A stretch of 64,000 bases of DNA from Acidobacteriota bacterium (GTDB taxonomy: Bacteria; Acidobacteriota; UBA6911; RPQK01; JADFOI01), in assembly GCA_963663035.1 (NCBI GenBank), contig OY760074.1, positions 3,200,001 through 3,264,000 of the forward strand, read 5' to 3'. A model generated the notes under the pieces. It worked only from the letters and a program-made list of their open reading frames with translations. It was not told the DNA's origin and made no database searches. The translations under genes and the position numbers were made by a program. Below are positions 1-9,558 of the stretch, in pieces (position 1 is the stretch's first letter; every line of letters starts with the position of its first letter).

Positions 1-711
1 GACCAACCGCCCAAAGGCGCTGCCGGCCAGAATGGTCAGCAAGGGATTACAGCCATAAACACAGGCCACTTTCATGGGCTCCTGGCGCTCTTTAAGCTTG
101 GTATAGTGATCTCCCCAACCCTGGGAAGGAGCCAGAAGACAGGAAATATGGTCCTTGTCTGCCACCATGCCCCGGTAGATCCCCATGTTGTACTGCCCGG
201 AGTCGGGATCCCGCGTGATCACGGGCGAAAAGGTGTTGATAAACCGCCCCCCGTCCCACAAGTGCCATTTGGGCACGGGAATCTCGTTGATGTCGATGTC
301 ATCCCCTTTGAGGATATTTTGCTTGAGGGGCGCCTTGGAGACCTCTTTGGGCGGAAGGCTTTTTCTGTATACCTGCCTCATAGCTAGGACCAAATCCTTG
401 TGGCCCATTGCTTTGGGGAGACCGAATGCCAGGGCGAAGCGGCCATAGGAAGAAACCGAATTGGTAAAAAGTTTTTTACACCAGGTGCTTGCGTGATCCT
501 TGATGTTATCGAAAAGAAGCGCAACCCCGTTTTTCGCCGACATGCAGTAGCGGGCGATGGTCCCAATCTCACAGTCCCAATCGACCTTTGCGTGGACTTC
601 ACGATATTCCCCTTCGCTCTTGAGGAGCTCGATCCAGTCATGCACAGTTGTCACTTCCCGCAGATCGTAACTTTCAGGCGGCTTCTTCAATTCCTTGGTC
701 GGTGTCGCCAT
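1..711 (-). CDS. UbiD-family (prFMN-dependent) decarboxylase/carboxylase, 3' part runs off the window
   Basis: Absent from the ORF track; I translated it by hand from ATG 711: MATPTKELKKPPESYDLREVTTVHDWIELLKSEGEYREVHAKVDWDCEIG...ALLFDNIKD...PVPKWHLWDGGRFINT...TRDPDSGQYNMGIYRGMV...MKVACVYGCNP. These are UbiD-type motifs (LLFxNI, DGGRxI, TRDPxxGxxNxGxYR). AAGGAG SD at 724-729. Confidence 0.85.
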   Translation of the reverse strand, partial: MATPTKELKKPPESYDLREVTTVHDWIELLKSEGEYREVHAKVDWDCEIGTIARYCMSAKNGVALLFDNIKDHASTWCKKLFTNSVSSYGRFALAFGLPKAMGHKDLVLAMRQVYRKSLPPKEVSKAPLKQNILKGDDIDINEIPVPKWHLWDGGRFINTFSPVITRDPDSGQYNMGIYRGMVADKDHISCLLAPSQGWGDHYTKLKERQEPMKVACVYGCNPLLTILAGSAFGRLV

Positions 712-729
712 GGTTTATATCATCTCCTT

Positions 730-1893
730 TTATTTCTTGACCAGCTCTTCTTCCCGCTCCTGGGCCTCCTTCTGGGGTTCCTCATACTCCTCAATTCGCT
801 CTTGGAGTTCAAAACCTTCGGGAGGGCTCAGCAGACCCTTGCGGATCATCTGCTCCACGATGTCCTTGTAAAACCTCTTCCTCTCCGGATAGAGAGGAGG
901 AGCTTCCTTGGCATACAGGTTCTTCGGCCAGGAAAACTTCTTGGCCGCCTCAAGATAGAGTTCTCCCCATAGATCTGCCGGAATATGAGGCAGTATGCTG
1001 ATCATTCCCTTAACCCGGAAAGTTCTCAGCTCTTCGATATTGATCACGGCGGCGGCATAGGAAATGTGTGGTTTGTCTACTCTTGAGAGAATTTGTCCCC
1101 GGTAGTTCACGATCATGGTGTCTGACCCGGTGGAGCCGGTCATGGAAGGGATACTTTCGCTGGTGGTGTGAAACTTGGGCCCACTGTTGGCAGCAACCAT
1201 AAAGCAGGAGTTATTCACGGCATGGGCCCTGTTCATGACTTCCCACACGCCGATGTTGCAATGGTGCTCGAGCTCCCCTCCTCGGCAAAGGATCTCCGCA
1301 CCATTAAGAGCAAGCATTCGCCCAGTCTCACAAAAATAACCCTCGTAGCAGATCATGGTCCCAATGCGTCCAATGGGAGTATCGGCCACGGGATAAAAGG
1401 CATCCAGTCCAGACCCGAACTTCTCTTTCCAGAGGTCATAGACATCACAAGGGGTCGTGGTACTTTCGGGGGTGAAGACTCGTCCCTTGCGATGCTTGTG
1501 AATGATGTTTCCTTCTGGATCGATTATAAAAGCGGTATTAAAAAAGCGGTCCTTGATGATGTCCGGCTCAACCACCTTGGCTTGGGCTACGAGATACACC
1601 TTCCATTTCTTGGCCACCTCGGCCAGCCTTTCAGATTCTTCGCCTGGCAGGGTAATGGCAATCTTTTTGCAGGCCTCCACATGATCCATCCGGCTGTGCT
1701 CGTCGTAAAACCCCTGCAAGGCACCTTCAGAGAGGACAACCAGCTTGGTGGGGTAAAGCACATCGCCCAGGTAGAGGCAACCCTCTATCTGAGGAATCAA
1801 GTTGTCCAGGTTCTTCTTAATATCCGCCCGAGTGGTACATCCATAGGTCTTGGATTGGATGGCAAAGGCCAAATACGGTTCAACCACGGGCAA
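730..1893 (-). CDS. Nitrilase / carbon-nitrogen hydrolase family protein
   Basis: E-K-C triad contexts LSEG, FFNTAFIID...HKHRK, IGTMICYEG. AGGAGG SD immediately upstream of the TTG start. Confidence 0.85.
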   Translation of the reverse strand: MPVVEPYLAFAIQSKTYGCTTRADIKKNLDNLIPQIEGCLYLGDVLYPTKLVVLSEGALQGFYDEHSRMDHVEACKKIAITLPGEESERLAEVAKKWKVYLVAQAKVVEPDIIKDRFFNTAFIIDPEGNIIHKHRKGRVFTPESTTTPCDVYDLWKEKFGSGLDAFYPVADTPIGRIGTMICYEGYFCETGRMLALNGAEILCRGGELEHHCNIGVWEVMNRAHAVNNSCFMVAANSGPKFHTTSESIPSMTGSTGSDTMIVNYRGQILSRVDKPHISYAAAVINIEELRTFRVKGMISILPHIPADLWGELYLEAAKKFSWPKNLYAKEAPPLYPERKRFYKDIVEQMIRKGLLSPPEGFELQERIEEYEEPQKEAQEREEELVKK

Positions 1894-1907
1894 TCACCTC
1901 CTCTTAG

Positions 1908-2114
1908 CCGGGATTATGCATAAATTATCCACTGCAGTGCCGCAATCATCCACGCTGACTACGTTATGCGACCCGCAAGCGGGTACCCCTTGGGCTCCTC
2001 GGCGTACTTCATGAGTACGCCTGCGGGGCCCGACCCTTGGCGGGTACCCCTTCGCATGCCTTGTCATCGCGGCGCCTGCAGCGCTTCGTCACGAAAACCT
2101 ATGCATACTCCCGG
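1908..2114. mobile_element. MITE family A, copy 1 (IS1380-like ends)
   Basis: TIRs CCGGGATTATGCATA / TATGCATACTCCCGG. Internal ACCCGCAAGCGGGTACCC hairpin plus a degenerate second copy, and a GGCGTAC..GTACGCC hairpin. Homologous to five other copies in the window. Confidence 0.85.
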
Positions 2115-2162
2115 CTTGGGGGAAACGTGTCAGATACAAGTGGAGCTCATTTGCTCTCTCCC

Positions 2163-2191
2163 ATATTGCTCAGTCACCCGCCCAATGTCAA
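2163..2191 (-). promoter_or_regulatory. Candidate sigma70 promoter for the nitrilase-UbiD operon
   Basis: Minus strand TTGACA (2191-2186), 17-bp spacer, then a weak -10 CAATAT (2168-2163). Confidence 0.35.
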
Positions 2192-2271
2192 CCCCAAAGC
2201 CCTACGGGCGTAGGGAAGAAGACACTTAGCCGACTGTGCAAAGAGGCGGGTTTTTCCAGGAACTCAGGCAG

Positions 2272-3372
2272 CTATAAACTCGGATCTATGACGGCCTTGA
2301 CGCATTTCAGAGCCTCCACGTCTTTCAGTGCAGAAGTGCTCTGCTCCAAACTATATCGATGGGTCACGGCATCCTGCAACGAAAGCTGGTCATTATAAGC
2401 TGCCAGCAATTGCAGCACTTTGTAGAGATGTTTAGCCTCCCAAAAGACGGACCCATAAAGTCGCAAATTTTTCCTGACGATGAAGCTGGGATTGATGGGT
2501 ACTGGACCCAGATCCGAGAAAACACCCATGATCAGGTATCTTCCTGCCGACTTGCACAGGTCTATTCCTTCCGAGACAGCCTCTGGAAATCCGGTTGCCT
2601 CAATGCAGAGGTCAGCTCCACCAACAAGCTCTTTCACCTTACTGACCCTCGCCTCTGGATCTGGCAGCGAAGAGATATCGATGGTGTGATCGGCTCCAAG
2701 CTTCTGAGCCAGCTCCAACCTGGCAGTGGGCGCACCGATGACCACGATGGGAGAGGCTCCACCGAGTTTGGCCAAGACCAGGGAGGAGAGCCCCACCGGG
2801 CCGGACCCTTGAATCACCACCGACTGGCCCGGCTCCACGCCTCTGATGACTTCAAACCCCTTCACCGCTGTGGGGAAGCCACAACCAAAGGCTATGGCCG
2901 CATCAGTGGGAACAGAGTCAGGAATTTTGAAAAAGTAAGATCTCGCGGTCAGAAAAACATACTCGGCGTAGCCCCCTGTCAAATAGGGGTACTCCGCACA
3001 GGAATAGCTCCACCCGTAGGATCGCCTGTCCACGCACCCAGTTGTATCCTTTAAGGCCACACAGGAATAACACTTCCCACAGGGATGCCCGGCAACCCAA
3101 AAGATCCTGTCCCCCTCCTGGACAGGCTCCCCAACGCTATCTTCCGTTCTCTCAGGTGAGATCTTCTCTATCATGCCCACACTTTCATGCCCCAGGATCA
3201 CCGGAAGAGGCATCTGGACCTGTCCTCTCCAGCAATGGGCGTCAGTACCGCAGACTCCCGAGACCAGGGTTTTCACCAGTATGCAGCCCTCTTCAACTTC
3301 TGGAATGGTAAATTCCTGGACCTTCAAAGGCTCATTGGCCTTTTCGAACACGACGACTTTGGCCTTATCCAT
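2272..3372 (-). CDS. Zinc-binding alcohol dehydrogenase (MDR family)
   Basis: GVCGTD, GHESVG, structural Zn site CGKCYSC-x7-C, and GSGPVG Rossmann motif. Confidence 0.92.
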   Translation of the reverse strand: MDKAKVVVFEKANEPLKVQEFTIPEVEEGCILVKTLVSGVCGTDAHCWRGQVQMPLPVILGHESVGMIEKISPERTEDSVGEPVQEGDRIFWVAGHPCGKCYSCVALKDTTGCVDRRSYGWSYSCAEYPYLTGGYAEYVFLTARSYFFKIPDSVPTDAAIAFGCGFPTAVKGFEVIRGVEPGQSVVIQGSGPVGLSSLVLAKLGGASPIVVIGAPTARLELAQKLGADHTIDISSLPDPEARVSKVKELVGGADLCIEATGFPEAVSEGIDLCKSAGRYLIMGVFSDLGPVPINPSFIVRKNLRLYGSVFWEAKHLYKVLQLLAAYNDQLSLQDAVTHRYSLEQSTSALKDVEALKCVKAVIDPSL

Positions 3373-3405
3373 GGCAGAACCAAATACTCTTTTGCCCGAA
3401 GTTTG

Positions 3406-5352
3406 TCAAGATAGGGAAGTGCCCTTTCCCCTGATCTCGCGGGTGACCAGAAAGAGGCACAGCACCGCACCAACGCTTTCCAGGAGCCAGGCCCCCGGGA
3501 AAGCCTGGGCGGGGAGCAGCAGCGCCAGCCCGCCAAATCCCAAAGCGGTTCGCGTGATGGCGGTCAGGGGGCCCACTAGATAGCCTGCAAGGCCGGCCGA
3601 AGCCATCCAAATACCTGCAATTCCCGTCACCGCGGCCAGAGTCACCTCCAGTGGCGAGCCATACAGCAGAAGACTGGGGCTCAGAACAAACAGAATCGGA
3701 ACCACAAAGCCAGGCCAGCCGAAACGCAAAGCGGTGATACTTGTCCGGATCGGCTCTGCACCAGCTAAATTGGCAGCCGTGAAGGCCGCCAGAGCTACCG
3801 GGGGCGTAATCATCGACATGAGACCGAAGTACAGAACAAACATGTGTGCCGCCATGGGCTGGACTCCCAACTGGACCAGAGGAGGTGCCGCCAGAGTTGC
3901 GAGCAGAAAATAAATGGCTGTGGTTGGCATGCCCATGCCCAGGATGATGCACACCACCGCCGTCAGAGCCAACAACAGCAAAAGGCTGTTCTCGCCTAAC
4001 TGAACCAGGACGAAGGTGAGACCAAAACTCAGGCCGGTCACTTCCACGATACCGATGATGATTCCCGCCACGGCGCCGATAATGACGATCTGTACTGACG
4101 CTTGCCCGGTCGCCTTCAGTGATTCCAGGATGTCGCCCAAACGCAGTCGGGTTCCACGGTAGCTCAGGACGAGGCTCAAGGCGATCAAGGACCCAGCAGC
4201 GTAAAGACCTGCGGTTGCCGGGGTAAGGTTCCAGCGGAACAGGGAGATGATCAGAACGACGAAGGGTATGGGAAAATACCAACCTTCCATCAAGACCTTG
4301 CCCAAGGGCGGAATTTCGGCGGCCTCCAACGGCCCGATCCCCTGCCGACCTGCCTCAAGGTCGGCCTGAATAAAGACAGCAAAGTAATAGAGAATCGCCG
4401 GCAGGATGGCGGCCAAGACCACTTCACCGTAAGACACCCCCAGGAGCTCGGCCATCAGGAAGGCTGCCGCACCCATTATGGGTGGCATAGCCTGTCCCCC
4501 GGTCGAAGCCGCCGCTTCAATGGCACCACTGACATGGGGTTTATACCCACTCCGGCGCATGAGCGGTATGGTGATTACCCCGGTGGATGCGACGTTGGCC
4601 ACCGCGCTGCCCGAGATGGATCCGAACAGGCCCGAGGCAAACACCCCGATCTTGGCAGCTCCACCTCGCGAGCGGCCCATCAAGGCTGATGCGAGATCAC
4701 TAAAAAAGGCAGATCCACCTGATCTCAGCAGTAGTTGTCCCAGGAAAATGAAGATCAGGACCATGGTCGAGATCACACGCAGGGGCAGACCCAGCATGGC
4801 CACGTTATCGATGCCCAAAAAGGAGAACATCTCCAGCACCTCAAGCGATCGTCCAGCTAACCTGCCCGGTACCAGATGGCCAAACAGAGCGTAGGCAAAA
4901 AACAGCAGCAGCACTCCCAAAAGACTCCAGCCCGTGGTGCGGCGTAGTGCTTCCACGACCAGCACAATGAGGATCAGCCCTAATACTGTTGTCTCAAGCG
5001 GGCGGAAAAAGAACTCCTCCGCCAAAACCGGATAGCGAACCGCCGTGTAGCCCCCGGCAGCAAGACCCAGTGCGGAGGCCACCCAGTCGTACCAGGGCAG
5101 GCGGCCTCCTGGCCGCCGGACAGAGACCCCTAAGAAGACCAGGGTCAGGCTTAAGGCGAGGATGGCCGAGAGGGCCTGCTCACTATAGAGCGCAAGGCCA
5201 AGCCTATAGGGCAACTCTGCCGCCCAGGCCAGGACGATCAAAGTGATCAGCCCACAGAGATAGGGCGTCAACCGCCCAGCCCACGGTGAGAGGGGTGGAG
5301 TGGCCCTGAGGCCAGCCTCATCCCAGGACGGTGTTACATCTGCCCCGGCCAA
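3406..5352 (-). CDS. TRAP transporter fused 4TM/12TM permease (TAXI type)
   Basis: Polytopic membrane protein with GSISGSAVANV, EAAASTGGQAMPPIMGAAAF, LGMGMPTTAIY and ITPPVALAAF. The start is uncertain because it overlaps the TAXI gene. Confidence 0.92.
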   Translation of the reverse strand: MAGADVTPSWDEAGLRATPPLSPWAGRLTPYLCGLITLIVLAWAAELPYRLGLALYSEQALSAILALSLTLVFLGVSVRRPGGRLPWYDWVASALGLAAGGYTAVRYPVLAEEFFFRPLETTVLGLILIVLVVEALRRTTGWSLLGVLLLFFAYALFGHLVPGRLAGRSLEVLEMFSFLGIDNVAMLGLPLRVISTMVLIFIFLGQLLLRSGGSAFFSDLASALMGRSRGGAAKIGVFASGLFGSISGSAVANVASTGVITIPLMRRSGYKPHVSGAIEAAASTGGQAMPPIMGAAAFLMAELLGVSYGEVVLAAILPAILYYFAVFIQADLEAGRQGIGPLEAAEIPPLGKVLMEGWYFPIPFVVLIISLFRWNLTPATAGLYAAGSLIALSLVLSYRGTRLRLGDILESLKATGQASVQIVIIGAVAGIIIGIVEVTGLSFGLTFVLVQLGENSLLLLLALTAVVCIILGMGMPTTAIYFLLATLAAPPLVQLGVQPMAAHMFVLYFGLMSMITPPVALAAFTAANLAGAEPIRTSITALRFGWPGFVVPILFVLSPSLLLYGSPLEVTLAAVTGIAGIWMASAGLAGYLVGPLTAITRTALGFGGLALLLPAQAFPGAWLLESVGAVLCLFLVTREIRGKGTSLS

Positions 5353-6293
5353 ATGCCCATTTCCTTGTACAATTTGATGGCGCCTGGATGGTATTCAACC
5401 CCCACATCCTTGGACATACCTTCGCTGGTGAAGTCTGCCCACAGCGGGCCGGCAACCCTCAGATCAGCGGGGTTTTCATACATCGCCTTAGTCACCTGAT
5501 AGACCAGGTCCTGGGGGACGTCTTTCCCGGCGAAAAGGGTGTAATCGTAGTACAGCAAGTTGGAGGGTGCCACAAGCCCGGTGAATTGCGGCCCAGGCTG
5601 CATCAGCTCAAAATGGGCCCGAGGCACATGCCTGTTGAGCGCTGCCACGGCCTGAGGTGAATTGTCAAAGGAGAGATAGCGCACACCGCCCAAGGCAGCT
5701 TCCATCTGCTTGGCGGCAGCGGAGCCAAGCGTCACAATGGCGGTCAGGACCTTACCCTGCATGAAAAGATCCCACATCTGGCTGAGACCGGAGACAGGCA
5801 CCTGCTGGACGTCCTCATAGCTCAATCCCTCGCTGGCCAGGAACCCATCAAAGACCACCTTGAAGAGAGGAGCAGCTCTGAAGCCCGATGGCACAGGTCT
5901 CCCCCTCAGGTCGGCCACGGAGTGGATATCGGAATCCTCAGGGACCATGAGCCCGACCCGGAAGGGCATCAGAGTTGCCACCATGCGCAAATCCTGGTTG
6001 GGATGGCCTTCGAAGAGAGAAGTGCCTTCTACAGCGAATGTCAACTGCACGATGTTGGCCACGCCGAACTCAAGTTCACCTGCATTGACGGAGGGAATGT
6101 ATTGGTTCGTACCCGCCATGGGCTGGGTCCGCAATTGCAGTTCACCCGTGGAAGAAACAACATTGGCGATGGCGGCGGACACCTGACCTGTAGCGCCACC
6201 TCTGGTGGTGCCGATTCCGGCAGGCTGAGCTGGGTCCGCGCAAGAAGCCAGACAGGCGGCCATAAATACAAGAACCAGCCTGGAGTGTTTCAT
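5334..6293 (-). CDS. TAXI-family TRAP solute-binding lipoprotein
   Basis: Start MKHSR at ATG 6293 with GGAG SD. Lipobox-like LASC, SDIHSVADLRG, and C-terminal HPGAIKLYKEMG. Adjacent to the fused permease. Confidence 0.9.
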   Translation of the reverse strand: MKHSRLVLVFMAACLASCADPAQPAGIGTTRGGATGQVSAAIANVVSSTGELQLRTQPMAGTNQYIPSVNAGELEFGVANIVQLTFAVEGTSLFEGHPNQDLRMVATLMPFRVGLMVPEDSDIHSVADLRGRPVPSGFRAAPLFKVVFDGFLASEGLSYEDVQQVPVSGLSQMWDLFMQGKVLTAIVTLGSAAAKQMEAALGGVRYLSFDNSPQAVAALNRHVPRAHFELMQPGPQFTGLVAPSNLLYYDYTLFAGKDVPQDLVYQVTKAMYENPADLRVAGPLWADFTSEGMSKDVGVEYHPGAIKLYKEMGIWPGQM

Positions 6294-6379
6294 CAGAATC
6301 TCCCTGGAAATAGAGACAGAAAGAGTATCGAAAGGGGGAAAAGGGGTCAAGCGGGAATCCGGCTTCCAGCTTCCAGGCT

Positions 6380-8647
6380 TTAAAAACTAAAGACGTAGGT
6401 GAGTTTGCCAATAAGGGCCCGATCCATCACTTCACCAGTGGTGGATCGCCTCTCATTGTAAATCAGGAACAGGTCGCTCAAGGGATTGTGAATCAAATTG
6501 AATCGAATGTTGCTGCTGATCTCTTTCAGCTCACTATTGTACTGAATGAGCGCGTTCAAGAACATCCTGGTATTAAATGAGTATTGGAGGCGGGTGTTCA
6601 CCAAATCTGTTGCAAAGTCCCCTGAAGGCAGGGTGAGGTCATTGTGAGTCCAGGTCACTTGGGATTCGAATCGATACCCTGCGCGAAAGCCGAGAAGGAA
6701 ACGATAGGAATCTCGACTGCCACTGAAAAAATCACCCGTAGCCAGCCTTGCCTCCCCGCTGAACATACGGCTACGATCGACGACCAGAAGAAGAGAGTAC
6801 TCCGAAAAGGCATAATCCCCCGGTGGAATGTCCTGATTCAACAGGATGGGAAAGTCCTCACTCAGTCGCTCAAAGCGGAAATCGCGGCCCACCGAGAGAC
6901 GGCTGCTGTTTTGAAAGTCCACACCAAATCGCGTTTCCATCTGCCGGGTCTCCAGGGTACCAGAGGTCGAGGTGATATAGTCGATCCAATTCAGGACTCT
7001 GAACTCGCGAATCCAGGGAATTCTCTCCCCGGGTCGAGGAGTCCAGGTCATCCGTCCCCTGGTTTTTTCAATTCCTTTGCGGGGAACAAACCCGACCTCA
7101 GGATTGACTGACTCTCCAATGACCAGATGTTGACCTTCCAGCTGTAGCACTGGACCCGACCATGCGGCAGTGATATTTCCAGCCATCTCTTCGTCCTCGA
7201 CACCGGGACTGTCGGTTTTGAGAAGGAAGGAAGTAACATCCAGGTTGTTTAGAAGGGTGAAGTTCCCATCTACACCGTAGGTGCGATTAAACTGCCCACC
7301 CGACTCCTGTTTGTTGACGAAAATGGCTCCTACATCGGAACGTTGCAGGACATCACGGCGCAGCCGTAAAACTGAAAAATTGGTTGAAGGTGTCTCCTCA
7401 AAATCATCGGTCTGCATGGAAAAAAGACCGAGCGTGTAAGCACCCGCTCTTCCCGACAAGCGCGCCCCTCCCAGAACAGGGACCAGTCGGCCTTCAGAGA
7501 TCCCGATACGTCGGCTGAAAAAGGCGATCAAATCCGAATCCAGCCGATTCCTTCCCCCAATCCGACGAGTGGCGCCTTGACGCGCAAACTGGAAGATGCT
7601 TGCGTTTTCCAGGAAGAACTCTCGTTTTTCGGGGAAAAAGAGACTAAAGCGAGTCAGGTTAATTTGCTGGTTATCGGCTTCCACCTGGGCAAAGTCAGTA
7701 TTCAGTGTCAGATCCAGCGTCAACTGGGAACTCACCCCATACTTCACGTCAAGGCCCAGCTCGGGTTTGAAATCCACATCGTCACTTTCCAGCCGCACGA
7801 CGGGAGTGGATAGATAGGGCTTTATCTGCAGGTTCATCCCCTGACGCAACCCGCTAATGCCTTGCAGCGTTCCTGCCCGTGAGACCCGCGACAGGCCAAA
7901 AGGGCGTGGGACGGGAGACCAGTGAGTTTCTTCGTTCTTGCGCCGGATTTTTCGCGAGAAGTTAATTCCCCAGGTGTGGCTCTCGGCTTGGTTAAATCGT
8001 ATGCTCTTAAAGGGAATGGCTATCTCGGCTTGCCATCCATCTTCTGTCGTTTTGGTCTTGACCTGCCAGATAACATCCCAGTCCAGGTTGTAGCTGCTCC
8101 CGTCGCTTCCGACCTGGCTGTCGGACTTAGCACCCTGGGGATTTGTCTGGAAAATAAAGCCATTGCGACCGTCCTGAAAAGTATCCAGCAGGACTCCAAA
8201 GCCATCGTTCTCCGTTCCTCTGAAGTCCCTATTGATCTGATTCACAACGAGACCTTCTCTTCCGGCTGAATCAAAGCAATAGACTCCGACATAGAGATTT
8301 TCATCATCGTACAGCAGGCGCACCTCGGTGCGTTCCGTGCTGGGCTGGCCTGTATGCGGATTCTGTTGGATAAATCCGGTGGCAGGTTCTGCCAGGCTCC
8401 ATTCCTGTTCGTCCAGGTCCCCATCGATGGTGATAGGCGATTCCACACGCAGGACCGTGACCGTCTTTGCTGGGCGAGCACTTTGGGGGCTGACAGTCCC
8501 CTGTGCCAGTGCTGGGGAAAAGCCCAGGGTCAGCAGCAGCAAACAGCCCAGCCACAAACTTTTCACACTTTTGAGGACGTCCCCCGTGCCTTTGTGTTTC
8601 ATCTGCATCAGCTCGTTAGCTTCGAAGGGTGGGGCGGGCCTTGCCAT
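6380..8647 (-). CDS. Carbohydrate-binding family 9 / DUF5916 domain secreted or outer-membrane protein
   Basis: Signal peptide; PITIDGDLDEQEW, YDDENLYV, NTDFAQVEAD..INLTRFSLFFPEKREFFLE; C-terminal aromatic residue (YVFSF). The true start may be slightly downstream. Confidence 0.8.
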   Translation of the reverse strand: MARPAPPFEANELMQMKHKGTGDVLKSVKSLWLGCLLLLTLGFSPALAQGTVSPQSARPAKTVTVLRVESPITIDGDLDEQEWSLAEPATGFIQQNPHTGQPSTERTEVRLLYDDENLYVGVYCFDSAGREGLVVNQINRDFRGTENDGFGVLLDTFQDGRNGFIFQTNPQGAKSDSQVGSDGSSYNLDWDVIWQVKTKTTEDGWQAEIAIPFKSIRFNQAESHTWGINFSRKIRRKNEETHWSPVPRPFGLSRVSRAGTLQGISGLRQGMNLQIKPYLSTPVVRLESDDVDFKPELGLDVKYGVSSQLTLDLTLNTDFAQVEADNQQINLTRFSLFFPEKREFFLENASIFQFARQGATRRIGGRNRLDSDLIAFFSRRIGISEGRLVPVLGGARLSGRAGAYTLGLFSMQTDDFEETPSTNFSVLRLRRDVLQRSDVGAIFVNKQESGGQFNRTYGVDGNFTLLNNLDVTSFLLKTDSPGVEDEEMAGNITAAWSGPVLQLEGQHLVIGESVNPEVGFVPRKGIEKTRGRMTWTPRPGERIPWIREFRVLNWIDYITSTSGTLETRQMETRFGVDFQNSSRLSVGRDFRFERLSEDFPILLNQDIPPGDYAFSEYSLLLVVDRSRMFSGEARLATGDFFSGSRDSYRFLLGFRAGYRFESQVTWTHNDLTLPSGDFATDLVNTRLQYSFNTRMFLNALIQYNSELKEISSNIRFNLIHNPLSDLFLIYNERRSTTGEVMDRALIGKLTYVFSF

Positions 8648-8706
8648 TTATAAGCTGACACTAATAAAATATTTAGGTTAAGCTAAATATAAGGGGGTCA
8701 CCCAGA

Positions 8707-9558
8707 ATGTTGCTTCATCACTTAAGACAACACCACTTTTCTTCCTCTATCACTCGCTTGACTCTTTGCCTGCTCTCCTCGGGATTTTTCACGGGTCCAA
8801 CATGTTTGGGGCAAGCCTCAGAGCCAGAACTGATCACGGATCGGCCAGACCTAACGGAATCCAGTGTAGTTGTGCCTCCTGGATATGTCCAAATCGAAAC
8901 AGGTTGGAGTTTATCACGGGATGAAGAAGGAGGCATCCGCAGCCAGACTCACCAGTTTCCGGGAACCCTGTTTCGTATTGGGACCTTAAAGCGAATGGAA
9001 CTTCGACTGGGCTTCGACGGTTCTCTCTGGGAGCAAACCCGCGAAGCTGGGCAAACAACCGACCTGACGGGTGCAGGGGATATGGAAGTCGGTGCAAAAT
9101 TTTACCTTTGGGAAGAACAGGACTGGTTTCCGGAGGCTGCCTTGCTGGCCGGTGTATCCCTGCCTATTGGCAAGGAGCAACTCTCCAGTGAAAGAGCCGA
9201 CCCCTCCTTTCGGCTCAGTTTGTCGCACACCCTTTCCGATCGCTTCTCCTTTGGCTATAACCTTGGATCCACCTGGGAATCAGCGTTGGACGAAACAGGA
9301 GACCGCGATACGCTCTCCTTATTCAACTATACTGCCACCCTGGCTATTGGACTCAGCGATCCAGTCGGGTTGTTTGTGGAGGTATTCGGGGATATCCCTT
9401 TCAATGCAGAGGGCGGACCCAGGAATTCCTTCGACGGAGGAGTCACCTACCTGCTACGAGACAACCTCCAGCTCGATGCGGCTGCGGGAGTCGGACTCTC
9501 GGAGAGTGCTGACGACTGGTTTGTTGGCCTGGGAATCACCCTTCGATTGCCCCGCTAG
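8707..9558 (+). CDS. Outer-membrane beta-barrel 'transporter' (Phenol_MetA_deg/SphA-like)
   Basis: Signal peptide, TDRPDLTESS..VPPG..QIETG motif, and amphipathic beta strands ending WFVGLGITLRL. Confidence 0.75.
   Translation: MLLHHLRQHHFSSSITRLTLCLLSSGFFTGPTCLGQASEPELITDRPDLTESSVVVPPGYVQIETGWSLSRDEEGGIRSQTHQFPGTLFRIGTLKRMELRLGFDGSLWEQTREAGQTTDLTGAGDMEVGAKFYLWEEQDWFPEAALLAGVSLPIGKEQLSSERADPSFRLSLSHTLSDRFSFGYNLGSTWESALDETGDRDTLSLFNYTATLAIGLSDPVGLFVEVFGDIPFNAEGGPRNSFDGGVTYLLRDNLQLDAAAGVGLSESADDWFVGLGITLRLPR

Noticed and set aside
2200-2215. CCCTACG-GG-CGTAGGG palindrome
   Set aside because: Single occurrence; it could be a REP remnant or chance, and is not enough to call.
1966-2229. ORFs such as MRPASGYP... 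(also 14312-14509, 40329-40655, 40553-40813, 46125-46554, 61024-61308, 61689-61913) that look like a small repeated protein family
   Set aside because: They are translations of the MITE sequences in varying frames and strands, with no consistent start or stop.
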